DNA of 64,000 nt from the human T2T-CHM13v2.0 reference genome, Homo sapiens. This document shows, in pieces, positions 54,898-64,000 of this stretch. The notes beneath the pieces were generated by a model. The model worked only from the letters and a program-made list of their open reading frames with translations, was not told where the DNA came from and did not search any database. How positions within the stretch are numbered: position 1 is the stretch's first letter; every line of letters begins with the position of its first letter. The position numbers and the translations under genes were made by a program. The stretch lies in assembly GCF_009914755.1 (NCBI RefSeq), contig NC_060935.1. One strand, written 5' to 3'.

Positions 54898-55679
54898 TAG
54901 TAGTCATCATCTTTCTTCCCAAAGTCTGTGATTTGATTGGCCATAATTGCCTGGGGGAAGTATTTTTACTTTTTGGTTTGCAAATCTTAATCTTCAACAA
55001 TTAAGCAGGAAAACATCTGCCACCCACAGTATGGGGCAGCAAGGTTTCCATCTGGTGGATGAAGTATGAGGCCTCTCTGTTCATGTGTGCTCAGCAGAGG
55101 CAGCAGTGGGTGACAACCTCTGGGTTGTGCAGTCCAGGTCAGGAGACCTGAGAGAGCCTGCTGCCCCTCTGAACAATTACACTCACACACCACATGCTGT
55201 ACCTTGTCCAATTAGTCTGCAAGGGGGCAGAGACCCGGGGCTTGCATTGTTCTAAGGGCCTGTTTGTGTATGGTGTGGGGAGCAGTTTTAAATATAGTTT
55301 CAGTGTTGCAGAACCTTGAATTCCAAGTGACTGGTGTTTCGGTGCTCCTCACAGGTCCGAACAGCCCAAGGTGTTAAGAAAGAGAAAGGCAGATTGGATT
55401 TCAGCTCTACCTTCTGATCAGTTTTACCTAGAAATCACCTTTTGGGGATCAGAGGAGTCTGTCACTGTCTGACCAGACAGTGTCACTGGCTCCTCCAGTG
55501 AAATCTTCTATTGTAAGAATTTAGATACCTATCCATGAGTAACTTGATCAGATTCCCTTAGTTGACACCACGCTGGCAGAGAATAACATACATTGGGTTC
55601 AACCTCTTAAACTCGGTAAGTACAACTTGACCACTTACAACTATATGAAGATGTCACCAATATGATAAAACATACAGAA

Positions 55680-56270
55680 GACATCAAATCTCTTAAGATT
55701 TTATCTCTAAAATATTTCTCTCTGAAATGTTTTGGCCCTCATTGCTTAGCTGTCACCTCTTTGGTTCAGGACAGATGATTTCTTGCTGAGGTTAAGATAA
55801 TCTTTGCTCGGTTTCTTCACTTCTTAACTTTCCCTGCTCCAGTCTAGTCTTTCCATTTTGTCAGAATTTTCTTCCTGAAGTTCTGATCAGCTCTCCCGGT
55901 TACTTCCAACAACTCTGCTGTGGGTTTCATGCTATTACACATCATGGCTCACTCTCTCTCTCTGACTTTATTTCCCCCTTATCGACTGCAAATATTTTAT
56001 GAGCTAATCGGATGGAGCCAACCCACTGTTCCACACTCTTGGCCTTGTGCCTCTCCTCGTCTGTGTTAGCCGTGCTACATGGAATTCTCATGCCTGGGTA
56101 TAATAACATAACATTTGATCCATCCTTTAAGGCCCATCTCAAACCATGTCTCCTCGACACCTTTCCAGAATCTCACTAACTAGGATATTTGCTGTTTCTA
56201 CTCAGCTCTTATTACATACTGAACTTCACTCAATCTGTCCTAGAGTCATTTGTGTATTTGTTTTAGTTAT
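55680..56270 (+). mobile_element. L2 remnant (3' end continues ~56880-56990)
   Basis: CATCCTTTAAGGCCCATCTCAAA... and TAGTAAGTGCTCAATAAATA. Confidence 0.55.
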
Positions 56271-56276
56271 GTACTC

Positions 56277-56875
<599 letters not shown>

Positions 56876-57289
56876 TTTCTAGTGTATTATATAGTCTTTG
56901 AGAGTAGGGAATCTCTTTTATCTCTGACTGTCCCATAGTGTTCAGCAAAGTCCTTGTATGTAGTAAGTGCTCAATAAATATAAGCTGAAATAAGTTTTAT
57001 TGGCACCATGAACTATTTGGGCTCCCTAGGAATATAATTTATTATTCTGATTTTATAATTTGTTTTTTGTATCAACATGTAAAATCATTTTTTATTTCTT
57101 TCCTTAATTCTGTGGCATATTTTCTATTTATAAGATAGTCATGAGGTTATAATAACTATGAGGTACTGATAAAAGACATGAGAAGGGTTGGGGGCAAAGG
57201 AGTAATAATATAAGATGCTAAGTAAAATATCACATAGTGTGTTGCATTTCTCTGAGATGATCTTATTTTTGTCTTGTCTAGTTTAGTGA

Positions 57290-57500
57290 TAACTGCAGAT
57301 GCTATTGTTTACAGAGCAATTATAATGTGCCAGATACCACATTGAGCATTTTACACATATTATCTCATTTTGTCTTTGTAAAAACCCCAAGAGGTAAGCA
57401 TTCTCATTCTTATTTTTTAAATAAAGAAACTGAGACTTCAGTAACAAGGCACAGGGTCCCAGACTTGGTAAGGAGTAAGGCTGTTTCACACCCAGAGCCC
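57290..57500 (-). mobile_element. MIR
   Basis: ATGTGCCAGATACC...ATTATCTCATTT...AATAAAGAAACTGAGAC. Confidence 0.65.
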
Positions 57501-57761
57501 ACTTTCTTCACCGTCGTGCTAGCCTCACTCGTGGAGCTGAGCTCGGGACCTGGTGGGCATCCCTTCTCTCTTCCCATTCTTCACTGTCTCTAATCAGTTG
57601 GACCATATTTCCCACCTGATTACTAACGGACAGTCTGTCGGTATAGGCACCCTTCAGCGTTAAACTGTTTAGGTAACCGAAGCTCCTCTTCTCATTCCAT
57701 TCCTTGACTACTTGGTGAGGTTGTGGGGAACGCAAAGGAAAACTCTGGAGAGGAAGCCTGC

Positions 57762-58103
57762 GCAATGCACTGAATGTTCGTGTTTCTCCAAATTCATGTG
57801 CTGAAACTTAACCCTCAGTTGAGAGGTATTTGGAGGTGGGATCTTTGGGAAGATATGGGAAACTCTGCACTCATGAATGAGATTAGTGCCCTGATAAAAC
57901 AGGCTCAAAGGAACTCATTCTACATTCTACCCAGTGAGAAGGCACCAGCTGTGAACCAGCAAGTGAGACTTCACCAGATACCAAATCTGCCAGTGCTTCA
58001 GTCTTTGCCTTCCAGCCTCCAGAAGTGTGAGAATTAGATTTCTGTTGTTTATAAGCCACCCAATCTAGGGTACTTTGTTATATCAGCCTGAATAAATGAA
58101 GGG
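57762..58103 (+). mobile_element. MLT1A0-like MaLR solo LTR
   Basis: CTGAATGTT...AAATTCATGTGCTGAAAC...CTCATGAATGAGATTAGTGCCC...TTCCAGCCTCCAGAAGTGTGAGAA...TTTATAAGCCACCCA. Confidence 0.85.
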
Positions 58104-58189
58104 AGCCTATATCCTGGGCTTTTGCTATTTAAACATAGTTGAAATATAAACCCTCCCCCGACAAATGGTCTGAAATATTTAGATTTACA

Positions 58190-58375
58190 CACCAGGTAGA
58201 TCCAGTGTGTAATGGATGTGATGTCTGAAATTTATACAGTTTGGGGGACTCTTTTTAAAAATGCAAAATTACAAACATGAAATCTGTTATGGAGCATAGG
58301 AATAGATTCTTGCGAGAGGCACTGAAGTTCACTGAAGTTTAAGATTTAGTAACTTCTGGTTATAGTCCCCCTCTG
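58190..58375 (+). mobile_element. MER53 (hAT) MITE
   Basis: GATCCAG...CTGAAATTTATACAGTTTGGGGGACTCTTTTTAAAA...CAAAATTACAAAC...CCCCCTCTG. Confidence 0.65.
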
Positions 58376-59929
58376 TCTTCCCCAACTATAGAGTCCTACA
58401 CTGGGGACTCTGCAAGTTTTAAAAAGTAGAAGACACTTTCCTTGTCTGTAGTGAATTTAGTGTTCTTATATAAACATGGTTTGAGAAGAGCTACAAAGTA
58501 AATGGTCAGTGAGTGGCCATCGATTCAGTGCCCTGAAGAGATGCTGAGTGAAAATTGGGTAATTTACTAGATTAAATCATCTCTCTGCTAAGAATAGTGC
58601 GAAGTTGCTTTAGACATGGGTGGTCACTTGTCCAAGTTAGAACGTAAGGAAAAGATGCCATAACTATATTAAGAATTGATAGACTTATGTTAGCCTCTCA
58701 TATTTGTAATTATGACATCTGGTATCACAATTAGAAATGCAAAGACTTGACTTTACATGGTCCTTACAGAGCAGTTTGCTGTTTCAGGACAGAGGCAGTG
58801 GGTCTGGTTTTCCATGACCCACCTGCAGGTACACTCCTGTGGAAGATGACCTCATGCCTGTAGGAACTCTGTGGCCTACTTGTGGGGCATCTCTGAAATG
58901 TCATGCTCTGACCTCTCAGGGTTTTCTTTCTAAGCCATTTACATTTATGCTTATCTAGCAAGCAGGATACCCATTATAGGACACTCCAACTCTCATTTCC
59001 AGAATGCTTCAGTGGCAATGTCCGCCAGGGATGCCTCAAAAACAGATTATCTGCCCATATTCGAAGTTTTGCCCAGCCTCCTTCTAAATCTCCATGAACT
59101 TCAGAAAGGTCAAGGAAGTGTTACAGAGGATGGATCAGATGCAACAAGAGGGTACAAGCAACTGTTCCCACTCCGGAGGGCATCACTGCAATTGTGCTAT
59201 ACTTTGCTCATTTCACTCCCTCCACCAGAGTTTTCTTAAAGTGTGAGTCTCCCAGGTTTGGCATGTATTCTGTGGACCTTTACTCATATTTGTAGGATTA
59301 ACTTAATATTAAAAGATGGGAGACAGGGAGATTGACATCAAGATTGTAGGCACATAAAGCATTCATCAAAACTTGGAGATTGCCTGGTTCACCTTCCATT
59401 TTACTTTATTTTTTAAAATTTTATTTGATTGCTTTTATGCTAAAAAGATGTAAGTTGAATCTGGCCATAGTTTGGAACTTCAGAAAATGAAGAAAATCAA
59501 AAGAATATCATTCATCATCCTAATGTCCTATTATAGCCAATATTATCAGTTACCATATGCATGTTCTACCTACTTGCAATGGTAGCAATGAGACAGCATT
59601 GTTCACTTTTTTTGTTTTTAAACTTAACAAGACAGATGAGGTCACTGAGGCCCTAGATCACACAACTGTGTAATATCCACCATATGCAGTGGATAATATT
59701 TTTATATTAATCAAAAATATGCATCTCGCTTTCTTTTCTTTTTCTCCTGGGGCTTCCTCTCTTGAGCTGACTCAGTGGACAGGCTCTGGAATGAGACTAC
59801 CTGGGTTTGACTACCCACCCATTCCCAAACAGTGTGGCATGAGGCAAGTTACTTAGACTGACTTTTTCCTCATCTGTAGTATAGGGCTGGTGTCAGAATC
59901 AATCAATACAATGAAAGTAAATACCCTCA

Positions 59930-60350
59930 CACTGGATTCATCCCTCGTTCCCATGGCCTCTGGCTTGAGCAGTCAGTCAATAGGGAGCTCTGGCAGGTGA
60001 TGGAAGGAGGAAGAAGAGTGAGGTCAGGGAGTTAATACCCTGGGCTCTCTTCCTGGCAAGTACCCTGGAGCTGGTCGTGTCCCCTGATTAAAGATCTCTG
60101 CTTCTTTCAAGGCAGCCAACTCTAAAGAATTCCTTCTCACCAGGCTTAATAACTGCTTCTTTCCTTCCTTGTTCCTTGTGGCCTAGGGGTGCTATCAGCT
60201 TAACTGCAATTAAGCCCCAGCTTACTCTACTGTCCCTTGTGGTTCCCCCAACACCCACGCAGTGTAAACAGTCCCTTTGTTATAAACCCTCCTGGAATGT
60301 TCCTATTTTGTGTATACCATCTGTTTTCTGTTGGGACCCTGACTGATGGA
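59930..60350 (+). mobile_element. LTR33-like ERVL LTR
   Basis: GAAGAGTGAGGTCAGGGAG...GGCCTAGGGGTG...TGTAAACAGTCCCTTTG...CCATCTGTTTTCTGTTGGGACCCTGACTGAT. Confidence 0.7.
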
Positions 60351-60602
60351 ACATGTTAGTGTTACTTCATCGCCTTTTCAATGAAAAATGAAAGTACAGG
60401 TTTTAAAAGACACAGATTTAAGATGGTCTATTTAACTCTTGCACGATCTGGGATGAAAACTGCTAAGAAAACAAAGCTGGGCCTGCCGAGAGCAGGATGC
60501 AAACAGCCACAGCGGTGCTCGCCATGTTCCAGATAAGAGTCTACGGACTTGGCATGTATCATACTATTCATCTTCGTGGGAAGTCTGCAAGGTAGATATT
60601 AA

Positions 60603-60941
60603 TGTTGTGGGACTTTTCCTTAATTCAACTAAAGGCGGGATCCTTGTCACACGGCCATGAAAATTAAGGCTCACAGACAATTTGAAGAGTGAGAAAAATG
60701 GAATTTATTGGGCAAAAAGGAAAAAAAGGGAAACAGAGACTCTTAGCGAGCGAGAGTGTGCTTCCTTCCCGTGGTCTTCCCACCTAGCCAATTGAATTCC
60801 AGGTACCACCCAGGAAGAGGAGGGGCCAGGCTCCTCCCCACTGCAAATGGTGCGGACTTCTGTGGCTCCATCCCGATAGGCACCCCAGTGCACGGGCCGG
60901 TTGGAGTTTTGCGAGGGAGCTCTTCTCACCTGGCTGTCTCA
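60603..60941 (-). mobile_element. MER61 (ERV1) solo LTR inserted in a MIR
   Basis: TG...CA termini; GGAAGAGGAGGGGCCAGGCTCCTCCCCACTGCAAA...GGTTGGAGTTTT...CACCTGGCTGTCTCA. Confidence 0.85.
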
Positions 60942-61055
60942 ATGATAGTATTTACATTTTGGAGGTGAGAAAAATTAAGATGCAAGCAAACTCATTAAGT
61001 CAGCAAGGGGCAGGCCTGACTTCTGAGTTCCCTCAGAAGCTTTGCACCACTATAC

Positions 61056-61240
61056 CAGTGGTTCTCAAAATGTGGTCCAGGCCAGCAACATCGACTTCAT
61101 CTGAGAAAGTGTTAGAAATGCAAATTTGGGGGCCCCACCCCAGACTGACGGCATCATAAACTTTGGGCTTGGGGTTCAGTAGTTTGTGTTTCCGCAATTT
61201 CTCCAGGTGATTTGGAGGCTTGCTAAAGTGAGAGCAACTG
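61056..61240 (+). mobile_element. MER5A MITE
   Basis: CAGTGGTTCTCAAAATGTGGTCC...GTTAGAAATGCAAATT...CTCCAGGTGATT...CAACTG. Confidence 0.85.
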
Positions 61241-61414
61241 CACCAGTCGGTGGTTAATGGTTCCCCCTTCTCTACTGGGTTTGTTTTGAGGTCACTTTGA
61301 GAGCTGGGAATTACACTCGGGATGTCACATATTGATAAGACAATACAAGTAAGCATTATTGTGCAGTCCCTTAGAATTTACAAAATGCTTTCATGCCCAT
61401 TACCTTTTTTGAGG

Positions 61415-61645
61415 CAGTGAATTCCATGGCTAAGTGAATGGGACTCTTCTAAACTGTATCAACTGGAAAACCAACTCTGTTCTCTTGAAAGTTAGTTGTC
61501 TAATCTGTAAACTTCAGCTTCCTCGTCTGTAAAGTGAGGATCATCATAGTGGGCACCTACTAGGATTGCTGGGAGAATTAAATAAGAAACTCACATGCAA
61601 CACAATGCTGGACACATAGTAGACACCCAATCAATGCTGCTATTA
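61415..61645 (+). mobile_element. MIR
   Basis: CTTCAGCTTCCTCGTCTGTAAAGTGAGGAT...GGATTGCTGGGAGAATTAAATAAG...CACATAGTAG. Confidence 0.7.
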
Positions 61646-62179
61646 TTTTCATGAACGTCTTGAGAAGTGGGGATTCCTAAAGGTGAGAAAACACCTGCTC
61701 AGGAAATGTTGACCTGTCTAAAGTGGAGCTGAGAGTCAAAATCAGATCTTCTGAATTTAAGCCCTCATTCTTTTTTCATACCCCTTCTGAAGCTGCCTTG
61801 AAAGTCTAGTTCTTGCAATACCCTAGTTAACTGTTGGATGATGACTCTGAAAGATAATATGCCCAAGGAATATTTGAGGCCTCAACTATGTCTTCAGCCC
61901 ATATGAGTAGCGTTCCTCTCAGAGTCTCCAACCAGATCCTGAGCCCCCAGTCCAGCCCACCTCCCCCCAGGTGTCTGGTGAGCCTCAGAGCATCCTTTCT
62001 GAGGTTTGCCCTTTCCCCGTCCTGCTCTGCTGTCTATGGTGACTTCTCATACCCTGGGCACATTTTCTCCTGGAGAAAGTAGAGAGCTATGAGCAAATGG
62101 TCACAGAGAAAATGGTTCACTTGGCCTCTTTAGTCCAAGAGACTTCCAGAACTATTGAGAAGGGGGCCAAACAGAAATG

Positions 62180-62580
62180 GAAAAGTTAATAACTTCCTTA
62201 TTTGAAAGCTAAGCCTTTGTAAACTTATCACGTGTGCTTTTCCTCATGGAGGATTAACAGCCTGACAAGGTTGAACTTTGAAAGAAAAGCTATTTGTGAC
62301 TTATGGGGGAGCTAGCAAAAAAAAAAAGTTCTTGACTTTTTAAAAACAAAACAAAACAAAAAACAAAACAAAACAAAAAATGCCCAAGCAAACCCAAATG
62401 CGTTAATTTTTCTCAGGCCTGTAACTCAAAAAGGGCACTTCCGCTTTGGTTGAAACTTTGCAAATAACTCTCCTCTGAGTGAAAGTGAGGTGGGAGCAAG
62501 TGGCCTCCTCCAAAGAATTGGTCCAGTAATATTTATAAGAGTTGGAAATAAAGGTCCAGAGGGGAATTGTTCTCAAAGGC
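62180..62580 (+). mobile_element. Probable MER121 ancient conserved repeat, with an internal (CAAAA)n tract
   Basis: TGTAACTCAAAAAGGGC...AAACTTTGCAAATAACTCTCCTCTGAG...TTATAAGAGTTGGAAATAAAGGTC resembles MER121 blocks as I recall them; upstream CACGTGTGCTTTTCCTCATGG. Confidence 0.55.
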
Positions 62581-62779
62581 TAAAATGATGGAACTGTTCC
62601 TAGCAATTCCTTCCTTTATTTCCAGTATCCCAAGGCAATTATGGTAACATTTCACCAAATCTGACCAACCTCCTTTCAAATTCCCAGTGAGTTACATAAG
62701 AGTTTGAAATTGAGCTTACTTTTATAGGGGTTTCAAAGCAAGTTAATAACACAAATAAGGCTTTAGGAAGGGGTGTTAA

Positions 62780-62935
62780 GGACAGAAGTGCCTCTGACAT
62801 TAGAGTTTGTGTCCCAGAATTTATTAGCTGTGCACCTCTGGGCAGATTCCTTCTTGAAGTCTCAGTTGCCTCCTTTGTAAAGCGGGATAATTACAATGAA
62901 CAGTTGTTAGGCTCAAATGGGAACAGTCTGATCTG
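62780..62935 (+). mobile_element. MIR
   Basis: TTATTAGCTGTGCACCTCTGGGCAG...GTCTCAGTTGCCTCCTTTGTAAAG. Confidence 0.6.
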
Positions 62936-64000
62936 ATAAAAGTTAGTTATTTCCATTACTACTTATAAAAACAAGCATTTAAAATTGGTTTGGAATAAAC
63001 AGTGAAATGCTAGGTATATAGCAGTATTTATGTGAAAGCAAGTCCCTCAGGAGCTCTATTCAAGAACGATTTTTAAACCTGAGTTTCATTGCTAATCATA
63101 CTTAAAAGAAACTATTTTTATCCAACAGAACTACTTTATTATATATGTTCAGATTTTAAAGTTTCATTAATTCATTAATTCAGATTTTAGAGAATGCAGA
63201 ATTCCTTCCCCTACTTACTCTGGTCTAAAATAATGAGAATTTTTGTATCTACTATTTTTGTCATCTTGGGGCCTCCCAAGGTGCTGGAAGAGGAAGCAAC
63301 ATGAATTCAATATATCACCATCATTATCAGCATTTCTGGCATTATTTGTCAAGGTGAGGTTATTGTTTCTGGCCCCATGAACTTTATAACAGGAGGGGCA
63401 GATGAAGAATCAAACCTGAGCGGTCAGATGGGCACAGCTAACAGCACACAAAGGCACAAGGGAGGCTTTGCATGGGAGGCAAAAAGAAAAGACTTGTGGT
63501 CAGGGTAGTTGGTTTGGATGGAGATTGTTAGGCTAAACATTAAGTAGTATTCTAGAGGAGATGAGTGACATCAGAAGGGGTACTGCCTGTTTTACAGAAA
63601 TGACTCACCCATGAGAAAAGGCAAAGAACAGTAGAAAACCTGAATGGTTTATTATAGTGTTATGTCTGCAATTTATGGTCAGAGTCAGTTTGACTCTGGT
63701 CTTCACAGAGAAAATAATACCTGATAAGTCTGGATCCAGACTGAAGGAGGAAATGTAGTAAGTAGCAGGGAAATAGTGGTGGGGCACAGGAAAATTGTAA
63801 GTGAGCTTCTAAACATAATGGTGCTCCAAACAGTCAAACATCATAACTCGTGTATTTTTTATCCGAAGTGCTTGAAGCTGTTTCATAAATTCCCTAGCAC
63901 CTCATTATTTGGGTAGAGTTTCTAAATTTTGGATTTTTAAAAATGCAGTTTTGTTATTTTTAAGTGCTTGAGATACCTGGGAAGAAGAAGCCAAGCTCTC

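Noticed and set aside
55355-55615. Possible plus-strand exon ending at TCG|GTAAGT
   Set aside because: The acceptor is ambiguous and weak, and isolated donor consensus sites are common in 64 kb.
60603-60941. p53 response element in MER61
   Set aside because: No paired RRRCWWGYYY half-sites are visible in this copy.

Overview
This is primate (human-like) non-coding genomic DNA, intergenic or deep intronic. I see no protein-coding gene, tRNA/rRNA gene or CRISPR array, and no prokaryote-type system. The ORF track is explained by L1 ORF2 fragments, Alu-, LTR- and microsatellite-derived frames, and chance. Much of the window is interspersed repeat. The main block is a ~10 kb nested L1 complex: a full-length old L1PA16-like element inserted in an L2 and itself carrying an L1PB1-like element and an AluJ. 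There are also about eight Alu/FLAM copies, solo LTRs (MLT2A, MLT2C/D-like, MLT1A, LTR33-like, MER61), DNA-transposon fossils (MER5, MER1A, MER6, MER103C-like, MER53) and many MIR/L2/L3 remnants. The most notable items are: (i) a nearly perfect 8 x 76-bp hairpin-rich minisatellite inside enhancer-like unique sequence; (ii) a 5'-inverted L1PA insertion joining a 5'UTR piece to the 3' end with several kb missing; (iii) a TSD-less Alu fragment plus foreign sequence patched into an LTR; (iv) a ~290-bp local duplication; (v) a probable MER121 ancient conserved element; (vi) a small orphan CpG island, several homeodomain/TALE-motif-rich blocks suggestive of a developmental enhancer landscape, and a few candidate lncRNA exons. 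Repeat subfamily names come from my recall of consensus sequences and need RepeatMasker/Dfam confirmation. Boundaries of old repeats are approximate. I cannot name the locus.
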